Shown here: piece by piece, positions 51,940 through 60,974 of the stretch
How the letters are laid out: each line of letters starts with the position of its first letter
Numbering within the stretch: position 1 is the stretch's first letter
Origin: a virus
Taxonomy: Duplodnaviria > Caudoviricetes
Length of the DNA: 64,000 nt
Strand: one strand, 5' to 3'
Virus record (IMG/VR): IMGVR_UViG_3300010352_001202
Translations under genes and position numbers: made by a program
Notes under the pieces: model-generated
Databases searched by the model: none
The model's input: only the letters and a program-made list of their open reading frames with translations
What the model was told of the DNA's origin: nothing

Positions 51940-54900
51940 ATGTCTGAAATGAGAAAACTGTTAAAGATTATGGAGAGCGTCCCGCCTGTTATTGCCAATG
52001 TACCGGCAAATAAAGGATTTGAAAGGGATGCTACCGTAGTCATAAATCCAAGAGCCGGAGGCGGCGTTGGTAGATTCATGGAGTTTACAACCGAAGATAG
52101 CGCAATGATCGATATCAAGGGTGTAGCAAGGGAATTTGCAAAGGATGATTTTTCCATGCCCGAAAGGGATCTGCAAAACGGCAATGATTGGTTTCATATG
52201 TCCGTTCAGCCAGAGTCAATGGGAACATCCAACGATAAGCCAGAGTTCCGTCCAGGCGACATGGTAAAGATTGCAGATGTATATGGAACTGTTATCGGAC
52301 CAGGCTTCGGTACATTTATTGGATACGGAACTACAGGCGAGGATTGCATTGTCCTCTTTGACGGAAAACAAATTGTTGTTCCTGTTGAGAATGTAGCTTC
52401 TGTATTAGAACAAGATGCGAAAGATAATTTTGACGAAATGGATAACGATGGCAATTTATCGCCCATGTCCTTTGGATCAGAAAATGTAAAAATTGAACAG
52501 CCAGCAAATGGCGGTATGACTTCGAAGGAGCCAGCAATGGATCAAAGAGACGAATTTTCAAGTTGGATGAAATCAGTTGAGGAGGCTCTTACAGTTGATG
52601 AAGATAGTCTTATCACAGAAAACCCACCAGAGGCGAACCAATGTGGATGCGGACGCTGGAGTTGCCAGACATGCTTCCCAGAACCCGATGCACAGGAACC
52701 TGTCGATGGATTAGGCCTAGGCGACCCAATGGGTGCAGTTGTAGTTGGTGGCAATGATTTTGCTCCGATGGACGAATTGCCAGCCGATGAAATGGAATTT
52801 GAAGTTGGCATGGAAGAGGACGATGACGCAGTTGCAGCATTCAAGGCAAATGGCGGCCAAGTCCAGCAACTTCCATACATGAATCGTCCTCGTAATCCTG
52901 GATCATCTTTTGGTTCGAAGCACATTGGTTCTGCCACAGGTCAAGGAAATAGATCACAACAGCGTGGCGCTGGAGCTAATGTTGCAGTTGGTCAAACTCC
53001 ATCAACAAAGCCGGTTGTCGGTGAAGACGAAATGGAAATGGATCAAGTTGCTGAGAAGCCAAAGTCTGGAAGAGGCGTAAAGCTAGGTGATATTGTTCAA
53101 AACACAACAGTAGTTCCAACCGGCGGTCAACAGTCGCCTATGACAAATGGCGGCGATAATTTAGACGAAGGCCCGGATGATATGGATTTTGATCCAGATT
53201 ACGATGCCCAAGAAGAACTAGAAATGGGCTCGCCGTTGTCCCGCCAAGATGCCCGTGACGAAATGGAGCAAATTGATCCCGACGAAGCAATGGACATGAT
53301 CTCAGTTATCAAGTACATGCAAGACATGGGTTTAAGCAATTCACAAAGACCGTATTCCGAGCAAGAACTTGCCGGAATGAATGCTCCACAATTGCGTAAG
53401 GTACATCAAGAAGTTACCGGCGATATGGATGAAGCTGCAAAGCCCACAAAGACAAGAAGCACATCGCACTTAGATGACATCGACGATATTCTAAATCCTG
53501 CACAAAGCCACCCAATTGCAAATATTGATGAGCCAGCAGGCATGGACGACGAGCCAGAGCAAGGCGGAATGGGTGCCCTTCCAAGAGCAGGTGCAGATGC
53601 AACACGCAGAGCAACAGCAGGAATGACTCCTTCTGACACAATGCGTGATTATATGAATCGTATCAACCCAGAAGCAGGTGCAGGCGAGCCAGACTTAGAT
53701 CCTACAGCACAGAATGCGGTAGCAGTTAGAACAGCTACAGATGTTCCAGCAGTAATTAGCAATGCTATGCAGGCATCGGGAGTACAGACACCAAACTGGC
53801 ATAGCGTTAGCGATTTGCCAGGTTTCGGCCAACGCAATATTCGTGGTATGGGTCGCAATGTATTCAGCATGTTTACTTCTACTCCACTTGAAGATTTGTT
53901 GACAATTGCCAATGTGGACGGACAAGGTCCTAATACAGATGCAGAAATGCGTGCTGTAGCAGGATGGCTAAGAGACAATGCTCAAGACTTAGGAAAGGTA
54001 GAATTGAGCCATGGACAAGCTATCCCTGGTTATAAGCCAGATGTCAAGGAATACTCCATTAATGGAGTTAGATTCCATGTTGTTAGAGATCCAATGGGAC
54101 AATACATTTATGCTTATCCTGATGCCGATGCAAGAACACCAAATATTGCCGGTGGCGGCGCAGGACAAGGTCAGCTACCGGGAGGAAATGTGCCTAGACT
54201 ACGCGAAGAAATTGCACATTTGATTCTAAAACCTACACTAATGGAAAGAATCAAATGGGACGAGGAAATCAGGGAAATCTTCAAGCAGGTTGCCCTTACT
54301 GAATCTGTAAATGAAGAAATCATTGATGAAAGTACATTGAGCAGAACACTTGGTAAGAGACCCGGCGGGCAAAATCTTGTTAAGTGGATGCACAGAAGGC
54401 ATAAACTCAGTAATGACGCCGGTCTAACACCAGCATCGTTCAATGAAAGATTGTTCTGGAAACAATTCAAGAGTGGTCCAGATAACTTTGTTATTGTTTC
54501 TGCTGAAAACGGTGTCGCAGGTATTAAGCCAGACGAAAAGTTTATTAAGAATCGTACAGCAGAATTCCAGAAGAAGGGAAAGACATATAATCCAGGTGGC
54601 GATAGCACATTGCCTTACCAGATTGTTGCTTTCACTGATGACGGCCAACAGATTAATCCAGAGTTGCTAAGAGCACCTGCAGAGGATGGTGAGGATTATA
54701 GAGATCCTACTGATCCAACAACTATGCGTGCTAGAATGGGTAAGCACAATGGTAAGGATATTCAAAATCCTACAAATGTGTTTAACCTACTTGCAGATCA
54801 AATCGGTCCACTAAAGACAGTTTGGATTAGCGGATACGAAAATGAGAAGGATGCCCCGGCCGGACCGGGTTCTGTCGAACGTGATAAGATGAGCAAGCGT

Positions 54901-55323
54901 GCTGACATGAAGAAGGGTGCAACACTAGATCCACAACAAGGTGTTCAGCAAATCTTTAAGCGTGTTCGTCCAGTTCTTAAGAAGCTTGCCGACCAAGCAT
55001 ACAGCCAGATTACCAGATCTGCGCAGCGTGCAATGAACGGCGGTAACTTAGAAGGCGCACAGAAGATTATGGGCAGCGGCGTTAAGCTAAAGCAATTCCT
55101 TGTAAGTCTAGATACAGGCAAGGATATCAATATCGATACAGGATACGGTTCCCCAACACAAGCGTTTTCAAAGGCTATTGTTAAGTCTATTGAAAAAGCA
55201 TCTGGTGGCCCACAGGGTTCAGATGAATTCAACCACTGGTTAGAAAATGCTGCTAAGGGTAATGCTACAGCATTGAAGCCAGTTCTTGACGGACTAAGAG
55301 ATACACTCGTTGCATTGACATAA
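51940..55323 (+). CDS. large multidomain late protein, probable head-internal/ejected protein
   Basis: Late box GATAAATA at 51906; N-terminus MSEMRKLLKIMES; SH3-like segments; acidic linkers ending in xxE. Confidence 0.7.
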   Translation: MSEMRKLLKIMESVPPVIANVPANKGFERDATVVINPRAGGGVGRFMEFTTEDSAMIDIKGVAREFAKDDFSMPERDLQNGNDWFHMSVQPESMGTSNDKPEFRPGDMVKIADVYGTVIGPGFGTFIGYGTTGEDCIVLFDGKQIVVPVENVASVLEQDAKDNFDEMDNDGNLSPMSFGSENVKIEQPANGGMTSKEPAMDQRDEFSSWMKSVEEALTVDEDSLITENPPEANQCGCGRWSCQTCFPEPDAQEPVDGLGLGDPMGAVVVGGNDFAPMDELPADEMEFEVGMEEDDDAVAAFKANGGQVQQLPYMNRPRNPGSSFGSKHIGSATGQGNRSQQRGAGANVAVGQTPSTKPVVGEDEMEMDQVAEKPKSGRGVKLGDIVQNTTVVPTGGQQSPMTNGGDNLDEGPDDMDFDPDYDAQEELEMGSPLSRQDARDEMEQIDPDEAMDMISVIKYMQDMGLSNSQRPYSEQELAGMNAPQLRKVHQEVTGDMDEAAKPTKTRSTSHLDDIDDILNPAQSHPIANIDEPAGMDDEPEQGGMGALPRAGADATRRATAGMTPSDTMRDYMNRINPEAGAGEPDLDPTAQNAVAVRTATDVPAVISNAMQASGVQTPNWHSVSDLPGFGQRNIRGMGRNVFSMFTSTPLEDLLTIANVDGQGPNTDAEMRAVAGWLRDNAQDLGKVELSHGQAIPGYKPDVKEYSINGVRFHVVRDPMGQYIYAYPDADARTPNIAGGGAGQGQLPGGNVPRLREEIAHLILKPTLMERIKWDEEIREIFKQVALTESVNEEIIDESTLSRTLGKRPGGQNLVKWMHRRHKLSNDAGLTPASFNERLFWKQFKSGPDNFVIVSAENGVAGIKPDEKFIKNRTAEFQKKGKTYNPGGDSTLPYQIVAFTDDGQQINPELLRAPAEDGEDYRDPTDPTTMRARMGKHNGKDIQNPTNVFNLLADQIGPLKTVWISGYENEKDAPAGPGSVERDKMSKRADMKKGATLDPQQGVQQIFKRVRPVLKKLADQAYSQITRSAQRAMNGGNLEGAQKIMGSGVKLKQFLVSLDTGKDINIDTGYGSPTQAFSKAIVKSIEKASGGPQGSDEFNHWLENAAKGNATALKPVLDGLRDTLVALT

Positions 55324-56771
55324 TGGATCGTTTAGACTTACTCATTGAAGCAATATTGATGGAAGCTGCTACCCTAACAAAGGGTAGTCAGCGCGTCATG
55401 AACAATAAAGCTATGGTTGCAGATCTTGCCGATGCAATACGCGATGATGCAAGAACAAATCCGCCCGCTTTTCCACCTAATGCAGCAAGGACATTTCAAA
55501 AGGCACCAGATGAGCAACTTGCACAATGGTTCTTAGAAAATATTGATAATATCGAGCGCGAAGGGTACGAAGGAACAATTTATTCCCGTGACGGCGTAAA
55601 CAGCGAATGGATTGCAAGACGCTATATTGCAGGAAGTCATAGCTGGGAAGACTTAACTGGTGTTATGAATATGAACATGCGCGATTTCTATATCTTAAAG
55701 AATAGAAATATGCTCGATGCAAACCATACAGATATTCCAAAGTTTAATAGTGTACGCGATATCGGTCATTACATGACTACACATTATAAAGATAAGTTAG
55801 ATAAGGTTAGAGATGCAGCTAAGAATGCAGCCAGAAATAAAATGGCCAAGAGCATCAAACTTATCGATAACGATGATTATCGCGTATATACAACACTTAA
55901 CCGTGCTGCAGGATGTTTGCTTGGGTTAGGTACACAATGGTGTACAGCCAATTCAACTTCGGATACTTGGTATCACAAGTATAGTGATAGAGCTATGCTA
56001 TTTCAGATGTTTCCTTATGCAAAACAGCAAGATAAGGAAGGTAAGTTTATCAATGTAAAAGACGAAGACGGTAAGAAAGAACTTAGCGATACAGAAAAGT
56101 TTCAATTCGATGCTGGCACCCCTGCTTTTATGAATGCAACTGATCAACCTGCTCCTGCCGCAGCAATTGCAAAGAAATTTCCTTATCTTTATACAGACCT
56201 TGCGAAAGCACTAAAAGCAAATAAAGAAAAAATGTCACAAGCCTTTAAAGATATGTCGGGAGATCCAACTTTACAAGCAAAGGATTATAAGATAAAGACT
56301 TACGAAATAGATGACGAGATTAAGAAATTAGAAGTATTCCTAAATAAGGGATATTTTACAGACGAAGTTCGCCCAAAATCTAAAGCCGAAGCTGAAGCTG
56401 AGCAGGGCGCAGAACAACCACAGGCACAGGCACCACAACAGCCACAGCTCGGCAATGAACAACCACAAGGAAATCCTCAAATGGAAAATGTAGATAAAGA
56501 TGTAGCAGCAATGCTCGCAAGTTTAAAGAAATACGACAAGTTAGTAGAATCAGCTGCACCTGTTCTAGGTATGGTTACACTGGGCGAAAAGAAGGGAGAT
56601 CTCCCACCTTGGCTCAAAGACAAAGATGCTAAGAAAGATGAGCCAGAAGCAAAAGACGACGCCAAGGAAGAAGAAAAGGAAAAAGTCGACGAAGCTACTG
56701 ACACAGCCGATCAAGAAGTGCTTGCATGGATGAAGCGTTTCTCTAAATTAGGTGATATGAAGGGCTATTAA
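55323..56771 (+). CDS. late protein with GxGTxWC (PcfJ-like) domain
   Basis: AAGCLLGLGTQWCTA....WY..Y....LF; acidic tail. Confidence 0.65.
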   Translation: MDRLDLLIEAILMEAATLTKGSQRVMNNKAMVADLADAIRDDARTNPPAFPPNAARTFQKAPDEQLAQWFLENIDNIEREGYEGTIYSRDGVNSEWIARRYIAGSHSWEDLTGVMNMNMRDFYILKNRNMLDANHTDIPKFNSVRDIGHYMTTHYKDKLDKVRDAAKNAARNKMAKSIKLIDNDDYRVYTTLNRAAGCLLGLGTQWCTANSTSDTWYHKYSDRAMLFQMFPYAKQQDKEGKFINVKDEDGKKELSDTEKFQFDAGTPAFMNATDQPAPAAAIAKKFPYLYTDLAKALKANKEKMSQAFKDMSGDPTLQAKDYKIKTYEIDDEIKKLEVFLNKGYFTDEVRPKSKAEAEAEQGAEQPQAQAPQQPQLGNEQPQGNPQMENVDKDVAAMLASLKKYDKLVESAAPVLGMVTLGEKKGDLPPWLKDKDAKKDEPEAKDDAKEEEKEKVDEATDTADQEVLAWMKRFSKLGDMKGY

Positions 56772-56793
56772 TCCTTTATTGTTATCCGAAAAT

Positions 56794-56839
56794 TTGACTC
56801 TCCAGTAAGTAAGTGTTACACTTATATTTACTGGAGAGT
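56794..56839 (+). promoter_or_regulatory. sigma70-type promoter TTGACT-17-TACACT inside a long inverted repeat covering the SD
   Basis: ACTCTCCAGTAA(56797-808)...TTACTGGAGAGT(56828-839), with inner TAAGTGT/ACACTTA. Confidence 0.8.
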
Positions 56840-56844
56840 TTCTT

Positions 56845-57621
56845 ATGTCACATAGAGAAGATTTTTTACAGAGTTGTCTTGTATTGGATACAGAGACTAA
56901 CTCCGATGATTATAAAATTGCCGAAATTATTGAATCAGGATTTGTAATCCGCGACAATAATGATTGGACAATTTTCCAAGAGCTGCACGATACCATCGAG
57001 CGCCCTATTCCCCCGAAAGTACAGTCTATTTGTTATATTACGCCAGCGATGGTTGTAGATAAGCCTACATTCATAGATTCGAAAGATACATTTCAAGAAG
57101 TTGTAAACGGATATTCCACAGGGTATCTAGTAGCACATAATCACTTCTACGATATGCGTGTTTTAGAAAGACACGGCATTGATACATCAAAGCATAACTG
57201 GATTTGCACATGGAGAATGGCTAAAAAGCTATTCAGCGATAATCCGGAGATTGCAGAAACAAATCTCCCATATCTTCGTTTCGCATTAGAACTCGATGTT
57301 CCTATCGAAATGCGTTGCCATCGCGCCGGCAATGATTCCTATATGACGGCAAAGCTCTTAGAAGTATTTGTTACTTTCATGGAGCAAATGGATATTATCG
57401 ATAGGGATCAGCCTTATGGTCCGCAGATTATGGCCTGGGCCTCTGCACCTATTATCTACGAACGCATGCCGTTCGGTAAGCACAAGGGCGAGCTAATGAC
57501 TGACATTCCGCACGGTTACTGGGAATGGGGTATGAAGAACACAGATTGGTTTAACGAAGAAGCCGATAACTATGATCCCGATTTCGCTGCAAGTGTACAC
57601 AAGGCACTCGGTATTGACTGA
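56845..57621 (+). CDS. DEDDh 3'-5' exonuclease (ExoX-like)
   Basis: LDTET, VAHN..YD, WICT...AK, HRAGND, C-terminal MPFGKHKG. Confidence 0.9.
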   Translation: MSHREDFLQSCLVLDTETNSDDYKIAEIIESGFVIRDNNDWTIFQELHDTIERPIPPKVQSICYITPAMVVDKPTFIDSKDTFQEVVNGYSTGYLVAHNHFYDMRVLERHGIDTSKHNWICTWRMAKKLFSDNPEIAETNLPYLRFALELDVPIEMRCHRAGNDSYMTAKLLEVFVTFMEQMDIIDRDQPYGPQIMAWASAPIIYERMPFGKHKGELMTDIPHGYWEWGMKNTDWFNEEADNYDPDFAASVHKALGID

Positions 57622-57917
57622 TGTTTGGAATTGAAAAACCCACTGGTGAGATAATGTGTCATGCTATCTCAGATGCCGATAGCACCAGATTTCATTCATT
57701 TGTTGCGTGGAAACAATTACACGAATCTGTGGGTTTTACACATACTGGTAGAGCATATTCTCCATTTATAGCAGAGCACCAGTTGCTTGCAGAAGTAAGA
57801 ATGCGTAAACTAAATATAATCTATAAAGGTGCCCTAAAGGTTAGGGAATTTACCGAAGAAGAAATATACGATATTACCATTCTAAAACTTAAAAATGTAC
57901 GGGATCAAACGACATGA
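57621..57917 (+). CDS. hypothetical protein
   Basis: Coupled ORF. Confidence 0.6.
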   Translation: MFGIEKPTGEIMCHAISDADSTRFHSFVAWKQLHESVGFTHTGRAYSPFIAEHQLLAEVRMRKLNIIYKGALKVREFTEEEIYDITILKLKNVRDQTT

Positions 57918-58122
57918 TGCTATAATGTGCCGAGTTGGAGATAAATTCCAATTCCGCAGGCGCGAGCGTGTTCGTAGTCCCATAATGGTAGAATCAGCTA
58001 CAGAAATAGATAATCTGCTACAGCAATGTATGGTAGCATTTGGATTGTATGATTTGGTTGTATTTGAATTTACAAAAGAACAAGAAGCCGAATTTCTTAT
58101 AAGGAAACTACAGGGTCATTGA
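57895..58122 (+). CDS. hypothetical protein (resembles the upstream neighbour)
   Basis: MFGIEK/MYGIKR N-termini, IMC, and EFT.E...(L/R)KL C-termini shared. Confidence 0.6.
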   Translation: MYGIKRHDAIMCRVGDKFQFRRRERVRSPIMVESATEIDNLLQQCMVAFGLYDLVVFEFTKEQEAEFLIRKLQGH

Positions 58123-58505
58123 CCGTTATTATTACGGGCACCATCCATAGTTTGTGATGCAATCATTCTTGTTGCATTAGGTTCGTATCGCTGAACCTTG
58201 TGGTTGTATGGCAATCCAGCTGCTGCTAGTGCATAATTAAGACCGCGGTATCCCGGTGATTGTAGCTTACCTTCTTTGGGTGCATTGGTAAACTCTGGTT
58301 GTGGCTTGGTAACTGGTTTTGTAAACACAGGAACTACTTCTTCGCTAAACCATTGTTTAAAGTGCTCTTCATAATATTCTTTATTCAGGTTTTTGTATTT
58401 CACATCTTCCGGATTATAGAATTTGTCGGCTTCTTGACTTGCTTCTTTGTAAAAGCGAGCAACAACATCGGTAGCACTTTCATTAATAATGTCTTTGAGT
58501 TTCAT
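58116..58505 (-). CDS. late protein with capsid-targeting-like N-terminus
   Basis: MKLKDIINES; minus-strand GATAAATA (58511-58518) 5 nt upstream. Confidence 0.75.
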   Translation of the reverse strand: MKLKDIINESATDVVARFYKEASQEADKFYNPEDVKYKNLNKEYYEEHFKQWFSEEVVPVFTKPVTKPQPEFTNAPKEGKLQSPGYRGLNYALAAAGLPYNHKVQRYEPNATRMIASQTMDGARNNNGQ

Positions 58506-58522
58506 AGCACTATTTATCAACA

Positions 58523-58750
58523 ATGATTAGATATGATATAAAAATCCCCCGTGATCCGCACTGGGACGGTTTGTGGGAAGAAATTGAAAAGAATGAAAAA
58601 GTAACATTCCCGTATGATATAGATGCCTACCTAAAGAAATATAAAGGTAAGGTATATATGGATCCGGGGTTCAAAGAACTCACTGTTATAAAAGGCATAG
58701 AGTTCAGAACCGAAGAAGATTTAACATATTTCAAATTAAAATTTAACTAA
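58523..58750 (+). CDS. small hypothetical protein, 'F..EED' family member
   Basis: IEFRTEEDLTYFKLKF. Confidence 0.7.
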   Translation: MIRYDIKIPRDPHWDGLWEEIEKNEKVTFPYDIDAYLKKYKGKVYMDPGFKELTVIKGIEFRTEEDLTYFKLKFN

Positions 58751-58759
58751 GGAAAGCAA

Positions 58760-59356
58760 ATGAGAAACGCACTGATTCCGATCGTAGTAGAACAAACCGC
58801 ACGCGGAGAACGCTCGTACGATCTATATTCACGCATGATGAAAGAACGAGTTGTGTTCTTCACCGGCGAAGTTGAAACCAATATGTGTAATGTGATGATT
58901 GCACAATTACTGTTCCTGGAAGCAGAAAATCCGGAACAACCCATCAACATGTACATAAATAGTCCGGGAGGCAGTGTTTATGATGGTTTAGGCGTGTATG
59001 ATGTCATGCAGTATATCAAGTGCCCTGTGGCAACTTATGTTACTGGAATGGCAGCTAGCATGGGTAGCTTTATTGCTCAAGCAGGTGCGCCGGGTATGCG
59101 TTATCTTCTACCTCGCGCCATTACAATGATTCACCAGCCTTCATCGGGAACACGCGGTAAGGTTTCGGACATGGAAATTGACTTGATCGAAAGTTTGCGT
59201 ATCAAGAAGGAAATGACCGAACTCTATGTGAAACATAATTCGAAGGGAGTTCAGTACGAGAGATTTGTTGAGTTGATGGATAGAGATAAGTGGCTCACCG
59301 CCCCTCAAGCTCTTGAACTTGGCCTTGCAGATCATATCGTCGAAAAGAGAGCATGA
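58760..59356 (+). CDS. clpP: ATP-dependent Clp protease proteolytic subunit
   Basis: [24 protein letters not shown] (Ser), MIHQP (His), MDRD (Asp). Confidence 0.96.
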   Translation: MRNALIPIVVEQTARGERSYDLYSRMMKERVVFFTGEVETNMCNVMIAQLLFLEAENPEQPINMYINSPGGSVYDGLGVYDVMQYIKCPVATYVTGMAASMGSFIAQAGAPGMRYLLPRAITMIHQPSSGTRGKVSDMEIDLIESLRIKKEMTELYVKHNSKGVQYERFVELMDRDKWLTAPQALELGLADHIVEKRA

Positions 59357-59673
59357 TAACAGTAACAGATAAAGCAAAAGAAAAGATTGTCGATGTACTA
59401 ATCGGGGAAAAAATGCCTTATCTCCGATTTGGCCTCCAAGGCGGCGGATGTAACGGATTTCAGTATTACTTTGCCCCATCAGATGAAAAAGATGAGGATG
59501 ATACTGAATTACCGTTGTCTGACGGATATACACTTATTGTGGATGCAATGAGTATGATGTATCTGGAAGAAGCTGAGATCGATTATAAGAAAGATATCAT
59601 GGGCGAGACTTTTGTTTTCAATAATCCAAACACAAAAACAAGTTGCGGTTGTGGTAGCAGCGTAGGCTTCTAA
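59353..59673 (+). CDS. A-type Fe-S carrier (IscA/ErpA/HesB)
   Basis: [16 protein letters not shown]...SCGCGSS. Confidence 0.92.
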   Translation: MITVTDKAKEKIVDVLIGEKMPYLRFGLQGGGCNGFQYYFAPSDEKDEDDTELPLSDGYTLIVDAMSMMYLEEAEIDYKKDIMGETFVFNNPNTKTSCGCGSSVGF

Positions 59674-60407
59674 TGGAAGACCTCGAGCAGCCATCTAAAA
59701 CATTACTCAGTCTCGAAGGGGTTCGTGGAATTTACGAATACTTGCTGGGCTGGGCCTTAAATGTTCCGTTGCAGTTTATATGTTCCAAAGGCGATAATCA
59801 TCCTGTTATGATTATTCCGGGCCTCGGTGGCGCAGACGGCTCAACCCATTACATTCGTAATTTCTTAACAAACATTAATTACGAAACACATCCTTGGGGA
59901 TTGGGAAGAAACTTTGGGCCTCGTGACGGTTTAGATACATTACTAAACAAACTTGCCGATCGTGTACGCGATATCTCAGAACAATCGGGCGGTAAAGAAG
60001 TTAGCCTAATAGGCTGGAGTTTAGGCGGTATCTATGCACGGGAAATTGCCAAGATTGCCCCAGAATCTGTAAGGCAGGTAATTACACTGGGTACACCCTT
60101 CAAGGGAGATGCCGCAGGTACCAACGCTACATTTTTATACGAAATGTTAAGTAAGGATAAGAGCCACCGTAATCCACAAATTTTGAAAAGAGTAGGTGAA
60201 GTTCCGCCGGTTCCGTTTACTTCCTTATACAGCAAATCCGATGGTGTAGTCCATTGGCAATGCTCGCTTGAGGAAGAAGGGCAATTTTCTGAAAATATCG
60301 AAGTTCCCGGTGCAAGTCATTTAGGATTAGGGCACAATCCAATATCCATGTATGTAATAGCTGATAGGCTAACGCAAACAAAAGATACCTGGAAACCGTA
60401 CAAATAA
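59673..60407 (+). CDS. alpha/beta hydrolase (esterase/lipase-like)
   Basis: IIPGLGG, GWSLGG nucleophile elbow, SDGVV, SHLG. Confidence 0.88.
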   Translation: MEDLEQPSKTLLSLEGVRGIYEYLLGWALNVPLQFICSKGDNHPVMIIPGLGGADGSTHYIRNFLTNINYETHPWGLGRNFGPRDGLDTLLNKLADRVRDISEQSGGKEVSLIGWSLGGIYAREIAKIAPESVRQVITLGTPFKGDAAGTNATFLYEMLSKDKSHRNPQILKRVGEVPPVPFTSLYSKSDGVVHWQCSLEEEGQFSENIEVPGASHLGLGHNPISMYVIADRLTQTKDTWKPYK

Positions 60408-60430
60408 GAAACCGCCGCAAGGCGGTTTTC
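60408..60430 (+). terminator. Rho-independent terminator
   Basis: AAACCGCC-GCAA-GGCGGTTT. Confidence 0.85.
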
Positions 60431-60431
60431 G

Positions 60432-60476
60432 TATTGTGTCAATAAAAATTGACACAATATAAGTTTGTGTTATAAT
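60432..60476 (+). promoter_or_regulatory. sigma70-type promoter TTGACA-16-TATAAT with a palindrome over the -35
   Basis: TATTGTGTCAAT-AAAA-ATTGACACAATA. Confidence 0.7.
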
Positions 60477-60503
60477 ACATTAATAAATTAGGGGAGATCG
60501 TTT

Positions 60504-60737
60504 ATGTCTGATAATAATACATATGTACCTATGAACGAGCTTATTCGTGAAAAGGAAAAATCCTGGACATTTACGCATATAAACTTGCCATATGCTGAAA
60601 TTGCTAAGAAGGGAATTGTAATTTGGTGCGTAGAAAATCTAGAAGGTAGATGGACTATGCTAGGTGGTAATAAATTCGGATTTGAAGACGGTACTGACGC
60701 AACTATGTTCAGAATGCAATTTGGACTGGGAATTTAG
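60504..60737 (+). CDS. small hypothetical protein, 'F..EED' family member
   Basis: WCVENLEGRW...FGFEDGTDATMFRMQF. Confidence 0.75.
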   Translation: MSDNNTYVPMNELIREKEKSWTFTHINLPYAEIAKKGIVIWCVENLEGRWTMLGGNKFGFEDGTDATMFRMQFGLGI

Positions 60738-60776
60738 CGTGGTATAAATAGTTTATCACACAAACGGGAGAATACC

Positions 60777-60974
60777 ATGTACGATAATGCAGAACTGAAC
60801 GAAAGACTAGTTATTATCAAGCATTCAAATCTTGATGATGCAGTAATCCTTGATGAAAATTACAAGCATCTTATGAGAGAAACTCCGAACCCAGAAGAAC
60901 AACAACAATTATTAGTCCTGCACAGGATTGTCGAGCGCAGGGTTAAGGAACTTTCACAAACACATAATGCTTAA
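60777..60974 (+). CDS. small hypothetical late protein
   Basis: Exact T4 late consensus TATAAATA at 60743-60750; SD GGGAG. Confidence 0.7.
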   Translation: MYDNAELNERLVIIKHSNLDDAVILDENYKHLMRETPNPEEQQQLLVLHRIVERRVKELSQTHNA

